This document shows positions 34,451 through 47,290 of a DNA stretch of 64,000 bases, one piece after another (position 1 is the first letter of the stretch; every line of letters begins with the position of its first letter). Position numbers and translations under genes: made by a program. This DNA is from Thalia democratica. Taxonomy: Eukaryota. The stretch spans positions 103,788,001 through 103,852,000 of the forward strand of contig OZ241826.1 in the NCBI GenBank assembly GCA_965202585.1. The letters run 5' to 3'. The notes beneath the pieces are model-generated. The model was not told the origin of the DNA. It saw only the letters and a program-made list of their open reading frames with translations, and did no database searches.

Positions 34451-36728
34451 ATTGTTTCTCATTATTACTAGTTAGTTAATTTCTGTCTCAAAATACTTCT
34501 TTATAAATGATTATTTTCCAAATTAAAAACAATAGTAAGAATTGAAGCAATTTTCTACAAACAAAGCAATGTATTGTTTAAGTAATGTTTTATCTACCAT
34601 TCTTTCTCATTATTGTTTGTTTGTAATTTCCGTCCCAGACATATTTCCTGATAAACAAACGTTTTTCCAAATTAGCATAATAATAAAAGTAATATCGAAG
34701 TACTTATCAAAACAATGTTAAATATAAAATAGTTTTTTTAGTAAATTAGCCTCAATGAACAAACAAATTAAAAAAACACTTTTAGTAGTTTAAAAACATG
34801 CTTACTTTCTTAAAAGTGAAATATAACGGTTCATATTATGTCATATGTTTTATCTATTGGAACATAATTGTGTACCAAGAGTTATGCTAATTTTTTTTTC
34901 TAAACACATACATAAAATTATTTCAGAAAACACTTTTTAAATTTTTTAAACAGTTTCACTGTCATAGTAATCAACTTTAAGATGAGATCATTAAGATTTG
35001 TGTCTAAAATGTAAATTAAGTGCCTAAATCTTTTTAAAAGTATTTGTGTTTATATTTATAGACTAAGTTTTTACTGTAGTTATATCTTAACTTACACTAT
35101 AAAAAAACCTTTGTAGTCATTGTTTATAAGTTGTAAGACAACTTGAAGTTTTATTATTGGTAATTTTAATGTGTTATTATTCGCATTATAAAGTATCTAG
35201 ATTTAATGTTTTTATTGTATAATAAATTAGAAATAGTAAAGTTTATTTAAAAAAATTCACTAAAAACTGTTTTTATAAAACAATAGCTTGTAGTTCTATC
35301 TACAAAGAAATTTTAAATTAACATATAAACAAAAAGCTCGTTAACGCTTTACCAAAATTAAATTTACTTTAAAGTAAAATATAATTAAAAAGTTTTTAAA
35401 CGAGGTGAAACTAAATAATAATTTTTAGTGAAACTAACCTCCAAAGATTTTCTTAAAATTTGGCAATCAACTTCAAGATTTTAAAACTAAGTTTTTGTGT
35501 CATTAGAAAAAAAATTCAGAAAGCTTGTTAAATTTAATCGCCTTTAATTACTCATCTTTTAATTACAGTCTTCGTTAAAATTTACATTATTCAAATTACT
35601 AAAACTAAAGTTATTAGGATTGGTAAGCAACAACTGTTGAAACGCCAACATACTTAGCTAGAAATAAAAAATAAATTAAAAATAATATTGTTAGCTTATA
35701 ATGGTGAACACGTCCTCGCGAACAATGCCAAAATTAAAGTAAGTATATTGTATTAAACACTTGAATAAAAAAAGTTTAAACTCCAAAATAGCTGAAGTTC
35801 AAAGACCATACGCCTGTTTGTTGTTTGTTCTAGTTAGCATATAACAAGGCTTATTGAAGAGACGGTACGGCAATACTAAAACATAACGCTTCAATTTACA
35901 ATTTTAACTTCTTTTTAATCTTCTACTGAACATTAACGAAGGACACTGCCGGATCCGGTCATAACTTGCAAAGACCTGGATCTTATTAAAACTATGTTTT
36001 AAAAAAACACTTGCACCCGTCCATATTTGATCAAGAACTGCTTGACTTAGGTTTTAAATAATGGTACTTCCGAATGAACGTAAATCTAGTTCGAACTTCA
36101 GAATATGGCAAAATTTTTCATAAATAATAATAGTCATACTATATTTTGGTTAAACTTTATGCTAAACTTTGTCTTATCCAAAACCTTAATCTAAACTTAT
36201 TGCCAATCAGAACCAGATAGGACCATTTCAATCAAATCTAAGTAAGCCTAGGTAATTTTATTTTGAAAAATTTCGTAAATGCATTTAAAACCCAATAGTC
36301 TACTTGAAAAAAAAACTTCAAATGCTAAAGTTGTTATTAAATTTGTTTAAAAAATTTTTTACGATGAAGTTTTTTTAAAAACGAAATGTTTTTTGAAAAT
36401 GCTATCCAGATAGTTACTAACTTTAAATATTCTTTACTCGAGCAATCTCTATTTAAAACCAGCGTGAGTAAAAGTTTATTTGTTCTGCAGGTAAAACTTT
36501 TAGAAACTAATATATATAAACTAAAAAGCCGTTAGAATTACTTTAAACTTTTTGAACTATTATTAAGTGCATATAAAAAAAAAAAAAGTTCTTTCTTATA
36601 CAGAATTCGAAAGAAAAAAACTAAAACTACGTGTGAAATAATTATATAAGTCTACATTAATTACAATAAAAGTTTTTTTTTTCTAAATAAAAGAAATAAT
36701 AAGAAAGGCTATATTTAAGTAAATTAAT

Positions 36729-37654
36729 ATGTCTGAATTGGAAATAAAAAGTATCATTGAAAACTGCAAAGTTAGTAAAGCAACAAAGGAAAGTTTGCTA
36801 CAACTAGGAAGAAAAAATGATGCAAAATTTCAATCAATGGAAAAAGAAATCCATAACTTGAAAAGTCAGTATAAACTAAAATCAAGGAACTTGAAATCAG
36901 TATCCAGAATACACAAAAAACTCATGAGGAGGTTTACAAGAAACAAACTACAGAAAAGTCTCTTGATCACTAAATCAGTTCACTAAATGAAAGTTTTATG
37001 AAATTTAAAACAGAGTTCTGCAAAAAGTTTGATAATTTTGAAAAGAAACTTTCAATGTATGCAGAAGCATCAACAAACTCCTTTCAAAAACAACCAGACT
37101 TTATCAGTAACATTGACAGTAAGTTGTCACTAGTAAGGAATCAAATAAATGCTGAAACTGAAAGGAAATTGAAAGAAAAAAAAACTTTAAATGTCATAGT
37201 ATTTAATATTCCCAAAAACATTAGCAATACATCAGTTTATACGGTAGAAAATGCAAAAAATGACCTCAATAAAATACAAAGTTCTTTAGGTTCCAACGAG
37301 ATAGCTGAAACTGAATTAAATATATTATACTGTATTGGTAAATACAACTGCAATAAAACGAGACCAATAATTTTGAAACTACTCACACAATCTAGCAGAA
37401 AACGACTATTGAGTCTAAGAAACCTTAAAATACAGCATCTGGGTAAACAAATTAGTATCTACATTAATATTATTAATATTGATCGAACAAAATCAGAGAT
37501 GGAACGTTTTAGAAAATTGAGATTTGAACTAAAACAAAAACAAGCAGAAGCTGAAAGTAAAAGTTTGAACATAAGATACGTTATAAAACAAAACAAAATA
37601 GTCGAAAGTACTCAACTGCCCTTTCGGTTTAACGCCCAGGATCTCAGGGCCTAA
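36729..37654 (+). pseudogene. Disrupted ORF1 of a CR1/L2-type LINE
   Basis: Two consecutive ORFs (85 and 218 aa): coiled-coil-like start, then NVIVFNIP, RPIILKL and DRTKSEMERFRKLRFELKQ, directly upstream of a LINE endonuclease. Confidence 0.7.
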
Positions 37655-37774
37655 TAAGTCAAGCTTTAACACTGACATGCACCTTAAATCATCTAGTTTA
37701 ATCATTTATGGTTCTAATACTTAGGCCTCAGGCACTGTTTTTTCTAATAGTTTAACCTCTAGTAGAGGTTTATT

Positions 37775-40573
37775 CTTAAATGTTTCATATACAAATATAA
37801 GATCTATTTTAAACAAGATAAGCTTCATTAAATGTTATATGTGTACACAAAATTTAGATTTATTTTTTTTAACTGAAACATGGTTAAATTCAAATGTTAT
37901 TGATTCAAATTTTTGTCCTCTAGGGTATGATATAATCCGTAATGACAGAATAGGCAGGGGAGGAGGAGTTGCTGTTATATTAAAAAAAAAATTTAAAAAT
38001 AACTGAAGTAAAAACTAATTTTGTTTCATCTGATGGTTTTGAATTTTTATGTTTTGATTTGATTTTTAAAGGACTCAAATTGAGATTTTTATGTGTCTAC
38101 ATCCCTCCAAGTTCCTCTGAATCTCTAGCTGTTGTTTCAAACATGATTGACTTAATCAGAAACCTTATTCCAAAACAGTCTCCTTTTTACATTTTAGGTG
38201 ACTTTAATTTGCCAAATATAGACTGGAATATTCCAAGCACAACCTACAATGACTGTCACAAATGTTTTATTAAACTTTGTTCAGATAATCTCCTTACACA
38301 ACTTATTGACTCACCTACCCATAAGAACGGTAAAATCCTCGATTTACTGCTTTGTAATTATATGGTATTAGATAGAGTTAAATTTCATTTAGTTGATTCA
38401 CCTTTAACAAATATTAATGATCACAATGATATTTTGTTTGGGATAAGTGTTCACGAAAGTTAAAAACCATCTCATAAATCACTCTATCCAAATTTTTGTA
38501 GAGCAAATTTTGAGATTATTAATAAATTTTTATCAGAAATAAAATCGAAAGTTCTTTTTAAAAACTCAAAAAATCTACAAATGTTATATGATAAATTTAT
38601 CAAAACAATAAACTTTTCAACCAAACAATTTGTGCCTTTAATTAAACAAGACAGAAAAATGAAAACATATCCTTCTGATATAAAAAAGCTGTTAAGAGAA
38701 AAACTAAAACTCTACAAACAATGTAAGTTAGATAAGCAGATGATACAAAGATACAAAACTGTATCAAAAAATATGAAAAAGCAGTGAAAGTGTTCGACAT
38801 AGAACATGAAAAACGTTTTTGCCAAAACACAAACTCAAAAAAATTCTACAGCTATGTAAAATCAAAGCTCAAGTTAACACCTTCTTTACCTGTATTAATT
38901 AATGAAAATTACTTTCCAAAAATATCAAAACTTGATAAAGCCTCTTTTTTTTAACAAGTCCTTTCAAAAGGTATTTATTAAAGATTGTGATGAAAAAAAT
39001 TTTAAGCTTGTTAGTAAAAAGTGTTTGGAAATGAAAAACTTCATCATAAGCAATGATGAAATAATTAAGTCTGTTAATCATTTAAAAGATAAAATAATCA
39101 GAACGCCTGAAAACATTCCTTCATATTTTATTAAACGTACTATTTATTGCCTAATTCTTCCAATTTCACTAATTTTTAATTGTTCGCTAGCTACATCCTC
39201 TGTACCAAACTAGTGGAAAGTCTCATATGTCATACCAGCGCACAAAAAAGGTAGTAAGTACCCTTTAAACTACAGACCCGTATCTTTGACAAGCAGTTTT
39301 TGTAGAATTTTCGAACATATATTTTCTCTAAAATTACTTGATCATCTTTTTTTAAATAAGCTAATTTCACATAAACAGTTTGGTTTTCTACCTAATCGAT
39401 CATCTAGTTATCAACTGTTGAATTGCTTACACTCATGGTTGGTTTCATTTCTAAGCAATAAGTCAACTAAAGTTATTTACACAGACATTCAAAAGGCTTT
39501 TGACTCTGTATCCCATTTTAAACTAATAAAGACTTTAATCAATACAAAATTCATAAAAGTTTAGTTAGCTGGTTCAAAGAGTTTCTTGAAAACAGAACCC
39601 AAAAAGTAGTTATTGGTAACACTTTTTCAGAGTCTTTACCTGTTTTCACTGGAGTGCCTCAAGGAGGGGTTATTGTCCCACTTTTATTTATAATTTATAT
39701 CAATAATATAGCTTTAGAAGTAGATGTTGATAGCAACAAAAATCTCTTTGCAGACGATACAAAAATTTTTAGCCATTCTAACACAGTTCTACGAAAATCT
39801 TTGGATAAAATTTATCATTGGCTAAAAGAAAGAGAACTAGTTTTAAATCCTAGTAAATGTCAGGTTCTAAATATTCAAAAAAATACATCTAGTATCACTT
39901 CTGAATTTAGAATAAACAACATAAGGTTACCTTCAACTAAAATGTTTAAAGATCTGGGAATTTTTATTGCTGAAAACCTAAAATGTAATCACCATATCAA
40001 TTACGTTTATCAAATTGCATCATTTATTTCTTTCAAGTTTTAAAGAGTTTTAAATCAACATATATAAACATTCTAAAAAAAAATATCTCGTTTACATTCG
40101 TCCTAATTTAGAATACAAAACACCAATTTGGTCTCCATACTTAAAGAAAGATATTAACCATCTTGAATCCATTCAAAGAAAATATACAACAATAGTCTTC
40201 AACCGTTGCAACATTTCATACACATCTTATTTTAATAGACTCTCAAAACTTGGTATTAAGTCTTTAGAGTATAGAAGGATTGAGTTTGACTTAATTACTT
40301 TTTTCAAACTAGTTAATAGTGAAACTAAAATTAATTTACAGTCTATTTTTGAACCTCATAAATGTACTTATTTACTGAGAGGTAACAACAGAAAATTTAC
40401 ATGCAGACATAATTTCAATAATAATGTTTGGCATAATTCTTTTTTTTATCGTTCAGTTGAATTATGGAACAAACTTCCAAACGAATTAGTTTGTTGTAAA
40501 AAAGTTGATCATTTTCGGTTAAGGTTAAAAAAGTTTGGTTTAAATAAATATTTTGTCATCAAAATTCATAAGT
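37775..40573 (+). mobile_element. Decayed ORF2 (APE endonuclease + reverse transcriptase) of a CR1/L2-type LINE
   Basis: EN motifs TETW, RNDRIGRGGGVA, LGDFNLPNIDW; RT motifs YRPVSLTS, QFGF, DIQKAFDSV, GVPQGG, FADDTK; C-terminal KDLGI, LEYRRIEFDL, RSVELWNKLP. Multiple stops and frameshifts. Confidence 0.95.
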
Positions 40574-40849
40574 AATTTTTTTTTGTTATTTCTTCTTTAC
40601 CCACTGGTTGTACTTGTCTAATTTGGTTTAACCTATAGCTTTATTTAGTTAGCGGCGCTTTTCCTCTGTGTATAACAAAACCTGTTCCTTAATACATAGT
40701 TAATTGGCCTGTTAAAGTGCTTGGGGCCTTGGGTTTACAGTTTTGTTTATAGTCAGTGTTCTCAACATTTATCAGCTACTACGAAAGTCCAACAAACGCT
40801 GAGTTATCTGAGTATTAAAGATTTGAAAGTAAATATGAAGCAGGCTCTC

Positions 40850-41040
40850 CTAACAAAAGTGAAATACGTTGTTCAGATAAAAGCGGTTCTAGTTATAAGA
40901 ATAAAAGTGAAACAAGTAGTATGGATAAATGTTAAGCCAGTTACTCAAATGAAGGCTGAACCAGTTGTTCAAATAATGTGAAGCCAGTTGTTCGAATGAA
41001 AGTGAAACCAGTTTTGGAGTGAAACCATTTGTTCGGGTGA
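40850..41040. repeat. Degenerate ~24-bp minisatellite (GTGAAACCAGTTGTTCGAATGAAA-like), ~8 copies
   Basis: Recurrent GAA(A/G)CCAGTTGTTC spaced about 24 bp apart. Confidence 0.6.
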
Positions 41041-41829
41041 AGTTGGAGTAGGATATTGTTGTTCTCTTTTCGGAAGCACCGGAATTATGAATTTTGTGTT
41101 ATAATTTTTGTGTTTTTATGTTAATTTTAAACTCTAATTAGTTAAACTCAGTTTTTTTTCATTTTTAATGTACAATTTTGGTTTATTTTGTCTTTTTGTT
41201 GTATGTCTTTCTGTATAAGTGGCCTAGGTTTGATGCCTGGGTCCTTCGTATGACAATAAACTTACAATAATATATATAACTTTATCTATAATTAGCAATA
41301 TTTTACAACAATTAAAGTTTTTATTACGAATATCGGAAAAAAGAGGCTGATTATCCGTTTTCATAATTTTAGTATGTATTTTTTCAAGTCCGCTTTTATT
41401 AAAACTAATATTAATAAAAAAATAGTTATTGTTTTCGAAATTGACGATAGTAGAAAAACAAACACCAGTGATTAGGAATAATAATATCGACATTCGACAC
41501 TATTATTTTTATTGTAATTTCTATTGTTATTTTACTACTATTTTTATATTATTATTGACATTATAAGCTTCATATGTTTTTTCTGATAATAATTATTTTT
41601 TTTGTTTTATAACTTTTATTATTATTTAATTATCGTTTGCTAAAAAGTTTATAAGCTAAAAAAAGATAATATTTTACAAGTTTGTATATTAGGCAAGAAA
41701 TCATAGAGTGATCAAGAGAGTAATAAAAAACAAAATTAATTAGTAACAAATAAAGTTATATAGGTTTACTTACACTATAACTAACCTACAGTAAAACTGT
41801 ATATCAATATAATGACAATAACACGCCTT

Positions 41830-42320
41830 ATAAAGTCATACGAAAATAAAGCAACAGTATAACCTAAATTGTTTTTCTTACAAAACACAGGTTTCCGTAG
41901 TACTGTACAAATAGCTTCTAACTTAAATAAATCATAACGTTACTAAAAATTTTACTTATTTTCAATGGATTTGGATTATAACTGTTTGCAAATGTTGAGT
42001 CGTTTGATTAATTTTCTGCGTTGGACAAACGTTTAGATGCATTAAAAAGTTTGACCGGTATATCGCTTTTATTTTATGGAAAGCAAAAGTTCTCTACACT
42101 CTTTGGGACATGCTTTTATAAGCTTTTCCTTAGATGTCTTATGGTCATTCTAATATAGTTTCCTTTACAACAGTACCTAAGTTAGTAAATTATCACAAAT
42201 TTATTTAAGTTGGATCTTGGATTTTTACCACCTGGTGTTAATAGTGGTTTTGACGTGAAGACAATCTTTGGCTTAGCTGCATAATAAGAAGACTTGAATA
42301 TCTACTTGGGTAATTTATGA
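41830..42320 (-). mobile_element. Penelope-like retroelement remnant (RT-EN linker and GIY-YIG endonuclease)
   Basis: The minus strand reads YYAAKPKIVFTSKPLLTPGGKNPRSNLNKFVIIY*LRYCCKGNYIRMTIRHLRKSL*KHVPK, then after a frameshift DLFKLEAICTVLRKPVFCKK. This matches the Penelope pattern VVYxFxCxCxxxYIGxTxRxL...EAxxIxxxKPxLC. Confidence 0.8.
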
Positions 42321-45300
42321 CTACTTGGTTAGTATATAACTTTTTAAAACCTTATCTCTTTTTAGCTTTGTACTCTGAACTGATGGAGATATATTTATTT
42401 TTACTAAATTTGTGTGTCTTGTATATCTTATTATATAAGTATTAGTATATTTCGTTAAGCCATAATTATTAAACTTTTTTTCTATATATTTGCATTTACA
42501 ATGTTATAATATTTAAGTTATTTAAATCATTCTTAGATGTTTCAGTTATTCTTTGTAAGTATTGTATTTATCTTAGTACTATATATAGAAATTGTTTTGT
42601 TTCAAAAAAATAGGCAAATTTTTATAATTATAGTTACGTCATATTATTTACTTTATAATCTTTCGCATCAAAATTTTTGCTTAGCAGCTTATATTCAACT
42701 TGTTTGTTTAAGAAAGTACTTCATACAATAAAATAAGTATATAACAAAAATATCTTGATTTTTTTTTAAATATAATAGTTTTCATTTATAGTTCTGTATA
42801 TTTGTATTGGTAAACTCAATACCTCCAAACTTTAACAGTTGTTAATTTTTAGTTAATTTCAGTTTTTTAGTGAGGTTTAAAAGGTCTAGCTTTTGTAGAA
42901 AAAAATGTTCTTGTACCTTTTTATATAATTATTATTAAACTATAAAATGTAATAACTAAATGTTCATAGGTTTCTTTGCTAAATCATGATTTAGATGCAA
43001 CTAAATAACTAATAGTTTACAAGTTTTAGGTGATGTAAATGAAAAGACGTCTTATTTTGTCACAAGTTTTTGAACAATATTCTTTTTAAAATATGAATAG
43101 AGTTTAACAGTTACTAACTTTTATAATAAAAGATCAAAAACCTACATGTTAAGTTTAAAAGTGATTTAAGAAACTTTTGAAAAGTATTTACAAGAAAATA
43201 AGCCTAGTTATCTAAGCAATCAATTTAAAAAGTTTCTTTTATTATTTAAATTAATTTGTTTTAGTTATAATAATAGAAGTACTTGTATATAACTGTTTTG
43301 ATAAATATTTTGTCGGCAAAACCATCCTAGAAAATTGTTATCGATGGTTAATTAATAAGGATTAAATATTTTGTAGGGTTTGTTATTTAATGTAACAGAC
43401 AAAGTGAAAAGTGAAATATACCAGTTGTTTTAAAGTAACATTTGGTTTTAGTCTGCATTTAGAACACAACTAAAAAGTTGTAATTTACGATAAACGCGTA
43501 TGAGAAACTGTTTGAAAAATTTAAACTCGCATTAAAAACACAATATTTTTAGCTCAAAAGGTAGAGAATACCTTAGTCTACGTTTTTAACTTAAGTACTA
43601 TGTTTATGATTGGATGTAAGTATCTTGAACGTTGTAGATTGTTTTATCATGTTTAAGAATATATTACTGAATTTAAACTGTTACTCAAACGTTATTCAGA
43701 CACAACAAGATTTGTAAACTTTTACCAGGTAGAACCTGAACACAAGTACCAGATAAATTCATTATGTGATTATTAAAAGAAATGTGTTGGATTTCAATTA
43801 GTAGAAAAACAATATCCTGGTAACAGTAAGGTAACGTACTTTAAACACAAAAAAAAAGCTCACAACTTAAGACAAGTTTTTCCTTTTTTTACAAAATATT
43901 TTAAAATTTAAATTTATAAAAAAAAGATCTAAGACACCTTGAATGACTAAGTTTTTTTTTAATAGCTGTGCACTACATACACTAATCTTATTAATATATT
44001 TTGAATTCAAGCTCAATTTTATTAAACTGTTTTACCAGAAATAATCGATCTTACTAGCTCTTTGAGATTAAGACTCCGTATTAGTCAATGTGTATGTTTT
44101 ATACTTAAGGGCATAGGGGAAAGGGAAACTGATTTTTTCAACTTAATCTTACTTTGTTCAGTTTTAAGAAACCTACAAAGCGATTTTACAGATTTGTTGA
44201 TATTTAGAATATGTTTTGAGATATGGCCCGATAATGTGAGGAAAATAAATTCTTATGGGAGAAAAAACTAAAACAACGAGAAATCGTTAGAAATCAATAA
44301 AAATATATCTCTTTCGAACTTTTTTTAAACAAATACAAAAAAAGTTTACAAAATGTTCCCTGTAACAATAAAAACCTGTCCTACTAATTATAAAGCGAAA
44401 TACTAAAAATTGTATGACCAAACGCAAAAACAAACTGTTTTTTTTTGTAAGATTTAAATAAAATATCTATATTTTTATGTTTTTCAAATGTAAAAGTTTT
44501 TAACATTGCCAGAAAAATTTATATTTTTTGAGGTATTTTTTTTTATAAAACATGAAAAGTATAAATTTTAAGTGAATAACTTTTTCCCTTTTTTAGTTTG
44601 TGCTTCCACTTGGTAACCTATTTTACTTAGAGACTTTAACCAGATTTATCTCAAAAACAATTTTAAACATTTTGTACAAATCAACTTGTAGCCTAGGTAC
44701 AATTTAACAAAATAAAATTAAGTTTTGAAAAAGTGACCTACTTAACTTATCATATGTGTTGGTCAAATTGTTTAACTAAAATTAAGTTATACTCAAATGG
44801 AATATTTAGCTCGTTTGTTTTAAAAGCATTTAGTGTTTTATAAAACTAATCTTTTTTAAGCATGAAAAGCCCAAAAGTGCGTATTAATGACAAAGTGAAA
44901 AAGCAACTAAAGAAGATTATTAGTATTAATGACGATTATTGCACTAGTTTGTATAATATTGCTTTTCTAACAAAAAATGCTACAATATACTGCTTTTAAA
45001 ACTTGGTTTTGATTACTTTATGCATTTATCGCTAAAAGGCTTTTAAATTTGTATTGTTTATTACCTTTTGTTAAGAAGTATATTCAGTATAGATACCGCT
45101 ATACATTTAAATCATTATAAATTGACAAACTTAAAACTATTTTTATTTTTGCTGTAAGTTTTGTAGTTTTTAACACTTAGACCGTCATAAGCCAATATTA
45201 ACAATTTACGGGTATAATTTCTAAAGTTTAGCTGTCGCTGGAATTGCAATTTAGACAAAGTTGCAAAGGGCTTTCATTGAAATATAGTTACTTGCGAAAG

Positions 45301-45669
45301 TTCGATGTAGTCAAGTTGTATTTATTAAATCTAAGCACTTCATAAATGAAAACAACAAGTACTAATTATATATAATTTTTTTTATAGTTTAGGTAGGACA
45401 AATTCATGAGTAATGTTGGGTTCTGCATTTACTATTTGAAGCATACTTTTGTATTTTAATTCATAAATATGGTTTTTACGACATGTTGACGTAATATGCA
45501 ACTTAACAAAAAAATTGTAGGTTTCAAGCCGTTGTATCACAGTTTATAATGTTATAAATAAAAATAAATTTTTGTATTGCTATGTTTAGGGCTATAAAAA
45601 AGTTCTCAAAGTTTGATCTATAGACCTGGTGAACAAAAAACCTTTCGGTTATCGAGTCATACACTGCTA

Positions 45670-46000
45670 GTATTTTATAGTCTAGCTTATTAAGGTTAAG
45701 GTATATAAAAGAAATGGAAAATTAGTCGTGCAAAAGAAGCTTGACTATAGTTTAAATTATCAGAATAAAAAATGTCGTAATAAAATATTGGAATCTGAAG
45801 TATCAGGATTTAAAATGTCGTGATCAAGAATGTTGTATCCTTAATACCGTAATTTTAGGGACCTAAAATATCATGATTTGGAATCTCGTAACCTAAAATA
45901 TCGTGTTTTGAAAAATTGGAACTTGAAATGTCGTAATTATTTTTTTATTAAGAAAAGATTGTGAACGTTAGTCGTGCACTACGACCGCTTTGTACGGTGT
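45670..46000. repeat. Short array of AAAATGTCGT(A/G)AT-containing units with small inverted motifs and a terminal hairpin; possibly a Helentron-type non-autonomous element
   Basis: AAA(A)TGTCGT or AAAATATC(A/G)TG recurs about five times; TATAGTC/GACTATA inverted pair; GTCGT-GCACT-ACGAC hairpin near 45972. Confidence 0.3.
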
Positions 46001-46999
46001 TACTACAATTCAACTGTCATGACCTTATGATCAACAAAATGAGACTTGTCAATTAGTTACCATGTACATGTATGTGGATACTAAACTTCAGTTATAATTA
46101 CAAGTATTAAGTATACAATTTAAAATATATATAAAGTTGTTCCACTATTTAGTATGTGCTCCATCTAATGATGTACGTTTTCGGCTAAAATGTCATTACA
46201 AACAAAACGAATCTGCTGCAAAAAAAAATGCAAATTGCACAATTAAGAGATTATATAACTGTGATTATGGCTTTAAAAGTGGTTAATTCTTAATGTACAA
46301 TATATAATTAAAAGTACAGACTGTTTTTAGTTCTTTTCTAAAATCCAAACTTAAGCAACAAATAGCTGCAACCAATTTAAAAAAGTGCAAGTTAGTATCT
46401 TAAATAATTGATTTTGTTTCTCAAAAGCTAATGCATGTAACATTTTGTGTTGATTACATCATCTGACTAATACAAAGTTATATGCATGTTTTAATGACTA
46501 TTGAAAAGCAGTTAACTCATGTTATCCTACATAAAATTTTCTTAAAATAAAAAATAGTGCAAGTACAGTTATAAGTATATATAAACAAATCAAATATTGA
46601 ACTCTATACTATTCTAACTATACTAACCTTCTTCTATATTTAAAATATGTTATCTATATAAGAAATAATAAAGTAAACACATACTTCACTAATGTATACT
46701 TCACTTTAGCTTTACTTTTGTTTTTATTTGACTGCATATAAAACTGAGAAGAATTTTATGTTGTTTATGGTCGATGACAAATAGTAGTTACACAGGGATA
46801 CAAATTATTTATTGCTGTAAGTATGCTTCTGTAGTATTAAGATAAAAATATGTTGTAAAAAAAATGTAAGCGACTTAAAGTTGTTTAATTATTTAATTAA
46901 TATTTATTAATCGAAAAATTGAAAATATAACTTAAGTTAATTTAAAATAAAACTAAATTGTGTGCAGCACATCATACTGAGACCCAGGTTTTATAGAAC

Positions 47000-47290
47000 A
47001 CTGAATTTTATGAACAATGAATAAACGCTTGTTTGCTTTAGCTGAAAATATTATCGTAAAGTAAATTTTGACTCCTCGCATATTGCCAAAATTTTGACAA
47101 ATGTAAACAATTTAAAGTTATTTGACTATTTTAATTAAAGTTTATAAATGTAAAAGCTGTAAATACAAATTAAAAAGGTAGAAGTTAATTTAAAACTGAA
47201 TTTCATGAACAATGAATAAACGCTTGTTTGTTTTAGCTGAAAATATTATGGTAAAGTAAATTTAGGCTCCACGCTTATCGCCAAAATTGC
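47000..47290. repeat. Direct repeat, two ~95-bp copies 195 bp apart
   Basis: ACTGAATTT(T/C)ATGAACAATGAATAAACGCTTGTTTG(C/T)TTTAGCTGAAAATATTAT at 47000 and 47195. Confidence 0.85.
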
